A stretch of 64,000 nucleotides of DNA, from positions 107 to 64,106 of the forward strand of contig JAAYMV010000116.1 of NCBI GenBank assembly GCA_012521185.1. The letters run 5' to 3'. A program made the translations under genes and the position numbers. How positions within the stretch are numbered: the stretch's first letter is position 1; each line of letters starts with the position of its first letter. Shown here in pieces: positions 1 to 10,362 of this stretch. The DNA is from Bacillota bacterium (GTDB taxonomy: Bacteria > Bacillota > Limnochordia > Darwinibacteriales > DTU012). Under the pieces are notes generated by a model. The model worked only from the letters and a program-made list of their open reading frames with translations, was not told the origin of the DNA and ran no database searches.

Positions 1-847
1 TCAGCTGTTGTGTATTTTGACAGTATTAAGCTTACCCGCATCAGTTAAACGTCCCTTGGAAATAACGATTTTAGATGTTGGTCAAGGCGATGCCATATAT
101 ATTCGCACACCGTATCAGCAGCATATTTTAATTGATGGCGGTGGTGATTCTATTTACTGGCAGCAACGAGGAAGAAATGTTGGGCTTCGCACAGTGGTAC
201 CTTATTTAAAATATCGAGGTGTTAAGGAGTTAGACTTGGTTATTTTGAGTCATCCCCATGAAGATCATTTACATGGTTTATTAGCTGTTTTAGAGACCTT
301 TCCAGTAAAGCAGGTAGTAGATAATGGACTTAGTCATACAACGGTCTCCTATGAGCGTTATTTGCAGTTAATTGCGGAGAAAAATATCAGCTATACTTCC
401 GTAAAAGCTGGTGACCGGATTATTTTAAAGGGCGGTATTGTTTTGGCTGTTCTTCATCCAGCACAACCCCTTCAAGGTACAAATTCTGATCACAATAATA
501 ATAGTTTAGTTTTGCTGTTGGATTATCAAGGCAAGAAAGTAATGTTTACTGGGGACTTAGATCGAGCAGGACAAATTGATTTACTGAGCCGTGAGTCATC
601 ATCAATTGATTGGATTAAGGTACCTCATCATGGCAGTCGGGAGGCTTTAGAACCAAAGTTTTATCAGCTGTTACAACCGCAACATGCAGTAATTTCTGCC
701 GGCAATACATCTCATGGTCATCCTCACCAGGAAGTTTTAGATTTTCTGGGAAATCAGGGGATTAAAGTTTATCGTACGGATCAAGAAGGTGCTATGTCAT
801 TTTATGTTTGGCTTGGTCGTTTAGGCAGGTTTTTACGTCCGCGATAA
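1..847 (+). CDS. comEC: ComEC/Rec2 competence channel, C-terminal metallo-beta-lactamase domain (5' end truncated by window edge)
   Basis: The ORF runs open from the window start. It has the LSHPHEDHLHG metal-binding motif and a PHHGS motif of the ComEC MBL domain, and it precedes holA as in Bacillus. Confidence 0.75.
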   Translation, partial: QLLCILTVLSLPASVKRPLEITILDVGQGDAIYIRTPYQQHILIDGGGDSIYWQQRGRNVGLRTVVPYLKYRGVKELDLVILSHPHEDHLHGLLAVLETFPVKQVVDNGLSHTTVSYERYLQLIAEKNISYTSVKAGDRIILKGGIVLAVLHPAQPLQGTNSDHNNNSLVLLLDYQGKKVMFTGDLDRAGQIDLLSRESSSIDWIKVPHHGSREALEPKFYQLLQPQHAVISAGNTSHGHPHQEVLDFLGNQGIKVYRTDQEGAMSFYVWLGRLGRFLRPR

Positions 848-876
848 CGAAAATCTAAATACCAGGGAGGATTATC

Positions 877-1866
877 ATGGATATTATTCAGCAAATAAAA
901 ACAAAACCGTTAGCTAAAGTCTATGTGGTGCATGGACCGGATCAATATAAACAAGACCAAGTCTATAAAGCATTATATGAACGAGCATTAGAGGATGGAT
1001 TTGGTGATTGGAATTGGGTAACTATTGAAGGTCATAAGGAGTTAGCTTTATCAGAGCTAACCAATGAGTTAGCGACTGCGCCGTGGGGAGGCGGTCAGCG
1101 AATTATTGCTGTTAGTCAAGGTGATCAGATTTCTACGGAAGTTATGAATAATTTAGTCAAGTGGTTAAAAGCAAATCCAGCAGCTAATAGTTTGGCTCTC
1201 TTTTTTGATAAATTTGATCAGCGTTTGAAAGCTATTAAAGAATTGTTGACCATGGGTGTAGCCATACCGTGCGAAACACTGACAGGAGAAGGATTAATTC
1301 GGTGGATTCAGGATTATTTAGCATTACGCCAGAAATCAATTAAGGTTGAGGTAGCAGAATTGTTTTTAGAACGTGTGGGCAATGATTTAAACTTAATCAC
1401 TAATGAGTTAGAGAAATTATTACTCTTCATTGGTAGCGAAACAACCGTTACAGAACAGCATGTTCAAGAAATTACGTCATTCGTTCCAGGTCAATTAGAG
1501 CAAGGTGCCATTTTTAAGATGGTGGAAGCAATTTCTGCCAAAGATCAAGCTCAAGCATTAGATTATTTACATCAATTGATTGATGCTGGTGAAGTACCAT
1601 TAAGAATATTACCGCTAATTGAACGACAGTTACGTTTGTTATTGGCTGCTAAAACTCGAGGTAATCAGAGCATTAGTGCGGTAACACAAGCTATGGGAGA
1701 AACTAGTGATTTTGCTTTGAAAAAGGCTTTGCGTTATCAGAACAATTTTACTTTGGAAGAATTGTATCAAGGCTTTGCTGATATCGTGCAAGTAGATAGT
1801 GAACTTAAATTTGGAGCTGATCCAGAGCAGATAATGGAACAATTAATTATCAAATTATGTGCATAA
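877..1866 (+). CDS. holA: DNA polymerase III delta subunit
   Basis: 329 aa. Its length, its position after comEC and the conserved order comEC-holA-rpsT all fit; the delta N-terminal fold pattern is weak. Confidence 0.75.
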   Translation: MDIIQQIKTKPLAKVYVVHGPDQYKQDQVYKALYERALEDGFGDWNWVTIEGHKELALSELTNELATAPWGGGQRIIAVSQGDQISTEVMNNLVKWLKANPAANSLALFFDKFDQRLKAIKELLTMGVAIPCETLTGEGLIRWIQDYLALRQKSIKVEVAELFLERVGNDLNLITNELEKLLLFIGSETTVTEQHVQEITSFVPGQLEQGAIFKMVEAISAKDQAQALDYLHQLIDAGEVPLRILPLIERQLRLLLAAKTRGNQSISAVTQAMGETSDFALKKALRYQNNFTLEELYQGFADIVQVDSELKFGADPEQIMEQLIIKLCA

Positions 1867-1905
1867 AAAAACGCCCTTATAAAACGATGAGGGCGGTTTT
1901 TCTAT
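1866..1905. terminator. bidirectional rho-independent terminator between convergent holA and rpsT
   Basis: GC stem ACGCCCT...AGGGCGG flanked by an A-run on one side and a T-run on the other. Confidence 0.6.
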
Positions 1906-1911
1906 GTCTGT

Positions 1912-2178
1912 TTATTGTTGACTAGCAGCGGCAAGTTTTTTAGTTAAACGAGATTTTTTACGTGCTGCTGCATTTTTATGGATAACACCTTTAGAAGCAG
2001 CTTTGTCCAATGCTTTAATTGCTTTTACAAGATATTCTTGTGCATCCTCACGGTTTTCACTAACAGCTACTTCAAAGCGTTTAATAGCTGTTTTTAAAGC
2101 AGATTTATGAGCCACATTATTAGCACGTTTTTTCGCACTAACTAGCACTCTTTTCTTTGCTGATTTAATATTTGGCAC
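1912..2178 (-). CDS. rpsT: 30S ribosomal protein S20
   Basis: 88-aa basic protein ([10 protein letters not shown]...) that is a textbook S20. GTG start with an AGGAGGTG RBS on the minus strand. Confidence 0.9.
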   Translation of the reverse strand: MPNIKSAKKRVLVSAKKRANNVAHKSALKTAIKRFEVAVSENREDAQEYLVKAIKALDKAASKGVIHKNAAARKKSRLTKKLAAASQQ

Positions 2179-2336
2179 CAGTATGCACCTCCTACTTAAT
2201 TTCTAGCCGTTAGTTATTATACCATTATGGCAGCTTAATTTCAATAGAACTTTTAAATTTACTCCATTCTGTACATGTTCTGGTTCTTTCTCGGATAGGC
2301 TAGTAATGAATTACTTGCTGAAGGAGGAGTTAATTG

Positions 2337-3446
2337 ATGAGAAAACTGAGTGTGCAACGAGAGGAGTTTGTAGATCCCTATCAAGATGAATTTCGTAAAA
2401 AATATGGGGTATGGACGGATTTAGCAAGTGAGGCTCATCAAGTTATAGTTGATCGGGAAGGTCCACCAGAATTACCTGGTGTAATAGTGAAAAATGAGGA
2501 AACAGAATATGCTTTAATTAGTCGGGTAACTGTGGAGAATGAAATAGGAGCAAAAATGATTGGTAAAGCTCCAGGCCATTATTGTACTATTGAGGCTCCA
2601 GTTTTGCGTCAACATAATCGAGAAATTCAGCAAGAAATTGGTGCCTTATTGGCTAAAGAAATAAAATGGTTTTTAGCAGAAGCAAATTTAGCTGATGAAG
2701 ATACTGTATTAGTGGTCGGTTTAGGTAACTGGAACGCCACACCAGATGCTTTAGGTCCTAAAGTAATTGATAATTTAATGGTTACTAGACATTTAATTGA
2801 ATTATCTCCACCTGAACTAAGACATGGTTTGAGGCCAGTTGCAGCCCTAGCTCCAGGAGTTTTAGGCTTAACTGGAATAGAAACAGGTGAAATTATTCGA
2901 GGAACAGTACAAGAAGTGGGAGCTAAAGCAGTGATTTGTGTAGACGCTTTAGCTAGTAGAAGTGTAGAGCGTTTGTGTAGTACTATTCAAATTTCTGATA
3001 CTGGTATTAATCCTGGTTCTGGCGTAGGTAATAAGCGGATGGCTATTAACCAGGAAACATTGGGAATTCCAGTAATTGCGATTGGGGTGCCAACTGTTGT
3101 TCATGCGGCTACGATTGTATCTGATGCTCTAGGCTATCTAGAAGGTCGTGATCCTGGACAGGCTCAAAGAGCTAAAGATATCCCACAGCGGACTCAATTT
3201 AATTTAGATCCACAAACAATAATTTCAGGTCAACCGGAAAAGTTCTCAGCTCAACCGCCTATGACTGAACAACAAAAAATGCAAATGATCGCTAAAGTAT
3301 TACAACCTTACATGGGAAGTATGATTGTTACACCAAAGGAAATCGACGAATTAATTGATGATGTGACTCAAGTAATAGCGGGAGGTTTAAATGCAGCCTT
3401 CCATGAAGGCGTAGATTATAGTGAGATTTTCCAATACTTAAGTTAA
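2337..3446 (+). CDS. gpr: germination protease (spore SASP endopeptidase)
   Basis: About 370 aa with a Gpr-like sequence. ATG at 2337 lies 7 nt after AAGGAGGAG (the ORF track starts one codon earlier at TTG 2334). Position after rpsT as in B. subtilis. Confidence 0.85.
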   Translation: MRKLSVQREEFVDPYQDEFRKKYGVWTDLASEAHQVIVDREGPPELPGVIVKNEETEYALISRVTVENEIGAKMIGKAPGHYCTIEAPVLRQHNREIQQEIGALLAKEIKWFLAEANLADEDTVLVVGLGNWNATPDALGPKVIDNLMVTRHLIELSPPELRHGLRPVAALAPGVLGLTGIETGEIIRGTVQEVGAKAVICVDALASRSVERLCSTIQISDTGINPGSGVGNKRMAINQETLGIPVIAIGVPTVVHAATIVSDALGYLEGRDPGQAQRAKDIPQRTQFNLDPQTIISGQPEKFSAQPPMTEQQKMQMIAKVLQPYMGSMIVTPKEIDELIDDVTQVIAGGLNAAFHEGVDYSEIFQYLS

Positions 3447-3676
3447 TATTTGACTTGGCAAACATGTACTAAATCAGCCATTGCTTGGTCTAATCCTATT
3501 AATGTTTGCTCTATAGAGACAATGATTTGTGGATGGACTTGATGCACTTTTACTAAGGCACCAGGTACCAATCCCAGACCAAGTAGTTTGGCAAGATTGT
3601 AGGGAGTATGCTGTTTAAGTTGAGTAATTATTGCTTCAGAGTTAATGTGCAATTCTGATAAGCGAAGCTCTGCCAT
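3443..3676 (-). CDS. feoA: FeoA ferrous iron transport accessory protein
   Basis: 77-aa SH3-like FeoA pattern (LGLGLVPGALVKV...IIVSIEQTLIGL), located downstream of feoB on the minus strand. Confidence 0.75.
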   Translation of the reverse strand: MAELRLSELHINSEAIITQLKQHTPYNLAKLLGLGLVPGALVKVHQVHPQIIVSIEQTLIGLDQAMADLVHVCQVKY

Positions 3677-3695
3677 GTAAGGGCTTCCTTTCTTT

Positions 3696-5408
3696 TTATA
3701 CTAATAGCCATTGGAGGGTTAAACCCGTAAAAAAAGCAATGGCCATAATAATGAGTAAAGTTGTAAAAGCCCAGATCAGACTGGTTTCTTTTACAATAAC
3801 AGTAAATTGTGCTAGACAGGGAATAAATAGTGTTAAAACTGTACAAGCAATAGTAAGTTGTTGCCAATTGAGGAGTTCTTGTAGATCATAAAGCCCTGCT
3901 GCCCCGTAATCGCGGCGCAGAAAGCCTAGTAAAAAAGGCAAGGCTAATTGCTTAGGCAAGCCTAGAATACTTACCGTTGACTCAAGAAACATAATGATTT
4001 TTGGGAAAAGGCCGCTTTGTTCTGCTAACCAGATACAAATACTAGTAATCATGAAGATTGGTAGTATTTCCCAGAAATACCAGGACATTCTAGCGATTGT
4101 TTTTTGCAGGCTGACTATGAAGTAAGGGATTCGCAATGGCGGTAATTCCAGCGAAAATGTTGGTCTTAATCCAGGAAGTAATAGATTTAATAGTGTACCT
4201 GACCAGAGAAAAATAACTAAAACTGTAGTAAACCAGATCAACAAGGCTTTAGTATTAGTAGAGAGTAAGGCCATGATTAAGCCTAATTGCGCAGAACAGG
4301 GAATAGTTAACGCTAGGAGAAAGATAGCGATTTTCCGTTCTCGCTCTGTTTCTAATGTTCTGGTTACGGCAGTAGCCATTGTACCGCAGCCTAAACCTAA
4401 GACTAGCGGAATAATGCCTTGGCCGCTAAGACCAAGTTTATTTAACGACCGATTTAGTAGGAAAGCTAGTCTTGGTAGATATCCGGTATCCTCTAATATA
4501 GAAAACACAAAAAAGAATACGCCAATAATTGGTAAGATGATGGCACAGGCATATCGGATAGCTAAAGTAATTAAACCAAATTCGCCAATTAACAAGTCTT
4601 GAATTGCAGGCCAAGGAACTAATAGTACCAATCTTTCACAGAAAGGTAATAGATGTTGACTAAATACTCTTTCGTCCAAGAAGTCCACAATGATGCCAGC
4701 CCCAACTTGACCTACTAATTTATAAAATAATAGATATAAAACAAAGCAGGCAATTGGTAATCCGGTTATGGGGGTTAATAAAATTTTGTCTAAAGTTGAC
4801 CAAGGAGTAATGGGCTGCTCCCGAGTAGTAATGTAACGGCTTAGATAGCGGGCTTCTTCGGCTAGCTGGTAAAGCTGTTCATAGTCAATAGTTTGTGGCA
4901 AGCGTTGCTTAGGTTTGGGCTTGGCTGGTCTGGAAAAAATGGTTTCAATGATTTCATTGATGCCTTGCCCTTGTGTCCCTACGGTACCTATCACGGGAAT
5001 ACCTAATAGAGCACTTAATTGCTTTAGATCAAGCTTTATTCCCAGGTGAGCCGCTTCATCTAACATATTTACTACTAAGATAACTGGATAATTATGACGA
5101 ATTAGTTGGAGAGTGACTGGCAGCATTCTAGCTAAGTTTTTGGCATCAACTACATGCAAAACCCAACGAAAATTGTCTTGTTCAAGTAGTTGTTTAGTGA
5201 TCATTTCTTCTTTGCTAAAGGGAACTAAACTGTACAAACCAGGCGTATCGATGATCTCCAGTTTTCGATTTTTAAATTGACAAACTCCTGAAGTTAGTTG
5301 AACGGTAGTGCCCGGATAATTGGCAATGGTCACCAGTTCGCCAGTAAGCTGACTAAATAATACACTTTTACCTACATTTGGGTTTCCGATTAAAATGACT
5401 TTTTCCAA
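3696..5408 (-). CDS. feoB: ferrous iron transporter FeoB (N-terminal GTPase plus membrane permease domain)
   Basis: G-domain motifs GNPNVGKS, DTPG and NMLD are followed by multiple TM helices. Apparent TTG start. Confidence 0.85.
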   Translation of the reverse strand: MEKVILIGNPNVGKSVLFSQLTGELVTIANYPGTTVQLTSGVCQFKNRKLEIIDTPGLYSLVPFSKEEMITKQLLEQDNFRWVLHVVDAKNLARMLPVTLQLIRHNYPVILVVNMLDEAAHLGIKLDLKQLSALLGIPVIGTVGTQGQGINEIIETIFSRPAKPKPKQRLPQTIDYEQLYQLAEEARYLSRYITTREQPITPWSTLDKILLTPITGLPIACFVLYLLFYKLVGQVGAGIIVDFLDERVFSQHLLPFCERLVLLVPWPAIQDLLIGEFGLITLAIRYACAIILPIIGVFFFVFSILEDTGYLPRLAFLLNRSLNKLGLSGQGIIPLVLGLGCGTMATAVTRTLETERERKIAIFLLALTIPCSAQLGLIMALLSTNTKALLIWFTTVLVIFLWSGTLLNLLLPGLRPTFSLELPPLRIPYFIVSLQKTIARMSWYFWEILPIFMITSICIWLAEQSGLFPKIIMFLESTVSILGLPKQLALPFLLGFLRRDYGAAGLYDLQELLNWQQLTIACTVLTLFIPCLAQFTVIVKETSLIWAFTTLLIIMAIAFFTGLTLQWLLV

Positions 5409-5410
5409 AA

Positions 5411-5459
5411 TAAAAACCCCTGTTCATCATAGTCTATTAATACTTATGATTCAGGGGTT
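5411..5459 (-). terminator. hairpin with a long AT-rich loop between the gerM-like gene and feoB, probable gerM terminator overlapping the feoB RBS
   Basis: Stem AACCCCTG/CAGGGGTT with a 29-nt loop, followed on the minus strand by a T-run. The minus-strand right arm CAGGGG lies 8 nt before the feoB TTG start. Confidence 0.45.
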
Positions 5460-5473
5460 GTTTTCAGACTTGT

Positions 5474-6019
5474 TTATGGTAAAGGATATTCGATATTAAC
5501 ATGACCGCCAATACTCTCCACATTTTTGCCATTTAGGAGAATTTGTACCTGATTAATTTCTGGAAATTGAGTTAGGGTCAAAACAATAGCATTTACTAAA
5601 TGGGATTCCAGCTGAGAGCCGCCGACAAATTTAGTGCTTAATTCACTAGAAAAATCAACTATAGCCAAACTGTTGTTAATTGATAAACTTAAAACTTCAG
5701 CTTCTGCTGGTACAGAACGCTGTAAATCTTCTTCTGGCAAAGGGCCTTGAATCAATAGCTGAAGGGTATAGAGAGGCGTTGCTTCAGAGGCAGGAAGCCG
5801 ACGAGTAACAGGGACTAATAAAAAATCCGTTGGTGTAGATTTGACAAAGTAAAGTTGAATTTCTGTTAAAGGCTCTTCGGCAGCAGATTGATATTGTTTT
5901 AGAAGGGCAACTTGTTCTTTTAGATCTTTTAACTCTTGCATGATATTATTAAGCTCAAGATAAGTATAACAGCCTAAAATTATCACCGAAATCGCTATTA
6001 CAATCCATATATAACGCAT
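5474..6019 (-). CDS. GerMN-domain sporulation/germination protein with an N-terminal membrane anchor
   Basis: An N-terminal TM helix followed by a single GerMN-like domain. Divergent from spoIIP, which is a sporulation neighbourhood. Confidence 0.5.
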   Translation of the reverse strand: MRYIWIVIAISVIILGCYTYLELNNIMQELKDLKEQVALLKQYQSAAEEPLTEIQLYFVKSTPTDFLLVPVTRRLPASEATPLYTLQLLIQGPLPEEDLQRSVPAEAEVLSLSINNSLAIVDFSSELSTKFVGGSQLESHLVNAIVLTLTQFPEINQVQILLNGKNVESIGGHVNIEYPLP

Positions 6020-6132
6020 CTTCAGTATCTTCCTTCCCCTATTTCTTTCTTCTAGTTTAACATATTTTTGTCATAGGACAAATATAATGTTGCTAACAGC
6101 AAAAGAATCAAGCAGGGGAAAGAGGTGGTAAA

Positions 6133-7257
6133 GTGCTCCAACAGATCAAATATTATCGTCGGTTATGGCAAAGAAAACTTCGCAGAAGACTTCGGCGCCG
6201 GTATTACAAAAGGAGTACAATATTACCTCATTTATTAATTGTATGCCTATGTGTTATTATTGTTTTTCTCAGTTATAGCATTTATTTTAATTCTTCTGCC
6301 ATGGAACATTCTTTACTACGGACTATTTTAGGTTTTGGTTTGCCAATTAATAAAGGTGAAATTCAAGGATATCCAGGTTGGACTTATACATTACGTTCAG
6401 TTATCTATTTAGTTACTGATTACGATCTAGGTAATCCAAGGTCTTTGTTTGATGCTACTTTTCCTATGTTAACAAGAATAAAGAATCGGGAGGTTTGGGA
6501 AGATCGGCCATTAATGATTATTCCCGAACTAGCTTTTGCCCCAGAGCCAGTAAAACCAGATCTAACTGTCCGACAAGAGCATGGACAGCCTTTTGTACCG
6601 ACTCAAGCACCCTTAGTTTTACTGTATCATACACATTCATCAGAAATGTATCTTGGACCACAGGCTGTCAAGGACAATTACCGTAATTCTCATTATGTAT
6701 TTCGTTCTAATACTGATCCGAAAATAACGGGAGTAATGGAAGTAGGCAATCATTTAGCTAAGGCCTTGCAAAGCCAAGGGATATCAGTGATGCATCATCG
6801 GCAAATTCATGATTGGCCTAGCTTGGCCAGTTCCTATTTGAACTCCGAAAGAACAGTGCGGGAGATCTTACAAAAACATCCAAGTATAAAATATGTTCTA
6901 GATATTCATCGGGATGCCAATGTGCCTGAACCGGTAGTAATAATTGATGGAAAAAGGGTAGCCAAAGTAGTAATTGTGGTTGGCACTGCCCAAGATATAC
7001 CGCAAGCGCATCCAAATTGGCAGCGAAATTTAGAATTCGCCCAGAAATTTTATGGGATTGCTGAACAAATGTATCCAGGATTAATGCGTCCTTTGCAGGT
7101 CAGGCGTGATGCTCGCTATAATCAACATTTATCAGATAATAGTCTAGTGATTGAGATTGGTTCAGTGGAAAATACGTTAGAAGAAGCTTTGTTGTCAGCA
7201 GAATTAATCGCAACTATTTTGGCTCAGATTATTAAACAGGACAATGCCCTACCCTAG
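6133..7257 (+). CDS. spoIIP: stage II sporulation protein P (engulfment amidase/peptidase)
   Basis: N-terminal TM plus a SpoIIP-family C-terminal domain (LLYHTHSSE motif). Located between gpr and lepA as in B. subtilis. Confidence 0.8.
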   Translation: MLQQIKYYRRLWQRKLRRRLRRRYYKRSTILPHLLIVCLCVIIVFLSYSIYFNSSAMEHSLLRTILGFGLPINKGEIQGYPGWTYTLRSVIYLVTDYDLGNPRSLFDATFPMLTRIKNREVWEDRPLMIIPELAFAPEPVKPDLTVRQEHGQPFVPTQAPLVLLYHTHSSEMYLGPQAVKDNYRNSHYVFRSNTDPKITGVMEVGNHLAKALQSQGISVMHHRQIHDWPSLASSYLNSERTVREILQKHPSIKYVLDIHRDANVPEPVVIIDGKRVAKVVIVVGTAQDIPQAHPNWQRNLEFAQKFYGIAEQMYPGLMRPLQVRRDARYNQHLSDNSLVIEIGSVENTLEEALLSAELIATILAQIIKQDNALP

Positions 7258-7318
7258 GCAAAACGGTTAGAACATGCTATAATAACTACGATTAAATCAT
7301 GATTAAAGGACGGAGATT

Positions 7319-9115
7319 ATGCAACAAAAGAACGTGAGGAATTTTTGCATTATTGCTCACATCGATCATGGAAAGTCAACCTTAGCAGATCGGATCTTAG
7401 AAATGACCAAAGCTATTCAAGAACGAGAAATGACTTCTCAGGTTTTAGATTCCATGGATTTAGAACGCGAGCGTGGCATAACAATTAAATTACAAGCGGT
7501 TCGACTTACTTATCAAGCTCAAGATGGGCAAGAATATATTCTAAATCTAATTGATACCCCTGGTCACGTCGACTTTTCTTATGAGGTTTCACGGAGCTTG
7601 GCTGCCTGTGAAGGAGCTTTATTAGTGGTTGATGCTTCCCAAGGTATTGAAGCACAGACTTTAGCAAATCTGTATTTAGCTTTAGAGCATGATTTAGAAA
7701 TAATTCCAGTGATTAATAAAATTGATTTACCCAACGCTGACCCTGATCGGGTTAAGGCAGAGTTAGAAGACAGTATTGGTTTAGATAGTAGTGAAGCAAT
7801 TTTAGTGAGTGCCAAAACAGGTCAAGGAATTGATCAAATTCTTGAAGCAATTGTTCAGCGCATACCTGCGCCTAAGGGAGATCCAGATGATTGCTTACGG
7901 GCTTTAATCTTTGACTCTCATTATGAGTCCTATCGGGGCGCAATTGCTTACGTAAGAGTGGTTGATGGAACGATTAAGGTTGGCGACCAAATTCAGATGA
8001 TGAGCAGTAAAAGAAACTTTGAAGTAACAGAATTGGCGGTCTTTCAACCGGAAATGACTCCAGTAAAAAGTTTATCTGCTGGCGATGTGGGTTGTGTGAT
8101 AGCCAGTATGAAAGATGTTAAAGATACGCGCGTGGGGGATACGATTACTCATGCTAATCGCCCGGCAGTTGAACCATTAGCTGGTTATCGACCTATTAAA
8201 CCAATGGTTTATTGTGGTTTGTATCCGGTCGTTAATGAGGAGTATACTGCGTTAAGAGATGCCTTAGATAAATTGCAGTTAAATGATGCAGCATTGACCT
8301 ATGAAGCAGAGTCCTCAGCCGCTTTAGGTTTTGGCTATCGTTGTGGTTTTCTCGGCTTATTGCATTTAGAGATTATACAGGAACGATTAGAAAGAGAGTT
8401 TGGCTTGGAATTAGTTACAACAGCACCTAGTGCCATTTATCGAATTCATTTAACCGATGGCACTTCCATCGAAATTGATAACCCGGCTAATTTCCCACCG
8501 GTACAAAAAATTGATTACATTGAGGAGCCTTTTGTAAGAGCATCGATTATGGTTCCAGAGGATTTTGTTGGTGCTGTTATGGAATTGTGCCAAGATAAAC
8601 GGGGAACGTTTATCAATATGGAATACATTACCACAGAAAGGGCTCGACTAGAGTATGAATTACCTTTAAGCGAAATTTTAATGGACTTCTTTGATCGCTT
8701 AAAATCACGGACAAAAGGTTATGCCTCTTTGGATTACGAGGTTATTGGCTATCGTGAGTCTGATTTAGTGAAGGTAGATATCTTGTTAAATGGTAACCCG
8801 GTTGATGCATTGTCCTGTATAGTTCACCGAGAACGGGCAGAAACTCGTGGACGGGCTTTAGCCGAGAAATTGAAAGAAGTTATTCCGCGTCAGCAATTTG
8901 AGATTCCAATTCAGGCAGCAATTGGAAATAAGATTATTGCTCGTGAAACTGTACGTGCCCTACGGAAAGACGTCTTAGCTAAATGTTATGGTGGCGATAT
9001 TTCCCGGAAGCGTAAATTGCTAGAGAAACAAAAAGCTGGTAAAAAACGGATGAAGAGCCTAGGAAATGTAGAAGTGCCACAAGAAGCTTTTATGGCTATC
9101 TTACAAGTTGAGTAG
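7319..9115 (+). CDS. lepA: elongation factor 4 (LepA)
   Basis: Translational GTPase motifs ([26 protein letters not shown]) and the LepA C-terminal domain. Confidence 0.95.
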   Translation: MQQKNVRNFCIIAHIDHGKSTLADRILEMTKAIQEREMTSQVLDSMDLERERGITIKLQAVRLTYQAQDGQEYILNLIDTPGHVDFSYEVSRSLAACEGALLVVDASQGIEAQTLANLYLALEHDLEIIPVINKIDLPNADPDRVKAELEDSIGLDSSEAILVSAKTGQGIDQILEAIVQRIPAPKGDPDDCLRALIFDSHYESYRGAIAYVRVVDGTIKVGDQIQMMSSKRNFEVTELAVFQPEMTPVKSLSAGDVGCVIASMKDVKDTRVGDTITHANRPAVEPLAGYRPIKPMVYCGLYPVVNEEYTALRDALDKLQLNDAALTYEAESSAALGFGYRCGFLGLLHLEIIQERLEREFGLELVTTAPSAIYRIHLTDGTSIEIDNPANFPPVQKIDYIEEPFVRASIMVPEDFVGAVMELCQDKRGTFINMEYITTERARLEYELPLSEILMDFFDRLKSRTKGYASLDYEVIGYRESDLVKVDILLNGNPVDALSCIVHRERAETRGRALAEKLKEVIPRQQFEIPIQAAIGNKIIARETVRALRKDVLAKCYGGDISRKRKLLEKQKAGKKRMKSLGNVEVPQEAFMAILQVE

Positions 9116-10259
9116 GTGGAGTATTATGCCAGGTATATATGTGCACGTACCATTTTGTGCTGCTAAATGTGGATACTGTGATTTTCATTCTATTGTTGCC
9201 GACGGTTCATTCGTCGGCAATTATATTAGGGCTTTTCAGCAGGAAGCAGCATATTATGGCAGAAAATATCAGAATCAGGTTTTCGAGACCTTATTTTTTG
9301 GCGGAGGTACTCCTACAGTATTAGAGCCAAAGCAGCTTAGTCAAATGATTGAAGCGGTGTTAGAAAACTTTAATTTTAATTCAGGCTTTGAATTTACTAT
9401 TGAAGCTAATCCTTGCACTTTGGGACAAGAAAAGGTGGATCATTTAGCCATTTTAGGCGTTAATCGGATCAGCCTTGGAGTCCAAACTTTTCAAGATAAC
9501 TTATTGAAGCGTTTAGAACGGCTCCATTCAACCGCAGATATTTATACCAGTGTTGAATATTTAAGAAAAGCTGGAATTAATAATTTCAACCTTGATTTAA
9601 TGTATGGTTTGCCAGAGCAATCTTTAAGGGATTGGGAGACTTCATTAGATGCAGCTATTGCTTTACAGCCAACTCATTTATCTTGTTATTCATTGATTTT
9701 AGAAGAAGATACTCCATTCTTTGAGCAGTACAATCAAGGTTTGTTGAATTTACCTAGTGAGGACTTAGAATATGAAATGTTTGAACTGGTCAAAAATAAA
9801 TTGAGACAGGCTGGTTATCAACATTATGAAGTTTCTAATTATGCCTTAAAGGAAGAATACCAGGCTAAGCATAATCTAATTTACTGGCACAATCAGCCAT
9901 ATTTAGGTTTAGGCAGTGGAGCCCATAGTTATATGGAACAAAGCCGCTATGTGAATAGTTTAGATTTGAATCGTTATATTGAAAATTGGCTAGATAATCA
10001 ACCTGCTATCGATCACATTGAATTGATTTCTGAAGATCAAGCTATGGATGAAACCATGATGCTAGGTTTGCGTTTGTTGGATGGTGTAGAAGAAGCTGTT
10101 TTCGCTAAACGATTTGGTCAAACTATAATGGAAGTTTATGCTGAAGAAATAGAGGAATTATTGGCCAAGAAACTTGTAATTTGGGAAAATGGAAGATTGA
10201 AATTAACGGATCGTGGTCTTTCCTTAGGAAATCACGTGTTTTCTGCATTTATTCGCTAA
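9108..10259 (+). CDS. hemW: radical SAM heme chaperone HemW (coproporphyrinogen III oxidase-like)
   Basis: CxxxCxxC radical SAM motif ([10 protein letters not shown]) and a HemN C-terminal-like region. Follows lepA. Confidence 0.8.
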   Translation: MSRWSIMPGIYVHVPFCAAKCGYCDFHSIVADGSFVGNYIRAFQQEAAYYGRKYQNQVFETLFFGGGTPTVLEPKQLSQMIEAVLENFNFNSGFEFTIEANPCTLGQEKVDHLAILGVNRISLGVQTFQDNLLKRLERLHSTADIYTSVEYLRKAGINNFNLDLMYGLPEQSLRDWETSLDAAIALQPTHLSCYSLILEEDTPFFEQYNQGLLNLPSEDLEYEMFELVKNKLRQAGYQHYEVSNYALKEEYQAKHNLIYWHNQPYLGLGSGAHSYMEQSRYVNSLDLNRYIENWLDNQPAIDHIELISEDQAMDETMMLGLRLLDGVEEAVFAKRFGQTIMEVYAEEIEELLAKKLVIWENGRLKLTDRGLSLGNHVFSAFIR

Positions 10260-10277
10260 GAAACTCTATTATCGAGC

Positions 10278-10306
10278 TTGACAAATACAGCTTAAAATGG
10301 TAATTT
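10278..10306 (+). promoter_or_regulatory. sigma-A type promoter of the hrcA-grpE-dnaK-dnaJ operon
   Basis: TTGACA at 10278-10283, a 17-nt spacer, then TAATTT at 10301-10306. Confidence 0.5.
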
Positions 10307-10320
10307 ATCCTTAACGAGTG

Positions 10321-10347
10321 TTAGCACTCTCCCGGATTGAGTGCTAA
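10321..10347 (+). promoter_or_regulatory. CIRCE operator (HrcA binding site)
   Basis: Perfect TTAGCACTC-N9-GAGTGCTAA inverted repeat lying between the promoter and the hrcA start. Confidence 0.9.
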
Positions 10348-10362
10348 AGGGAGGCGAGCAAC

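Noticed and set aside
2179-2336. Forespore (sigma-F/sigma-G) promoter upstream of gpr
   Set aside because: It is expected biologically. However, the best candidates, GTACA-N17-GGATAGGCTA, have wrong spacing and imperfect -10 matches, so I could not delineate it confidently.
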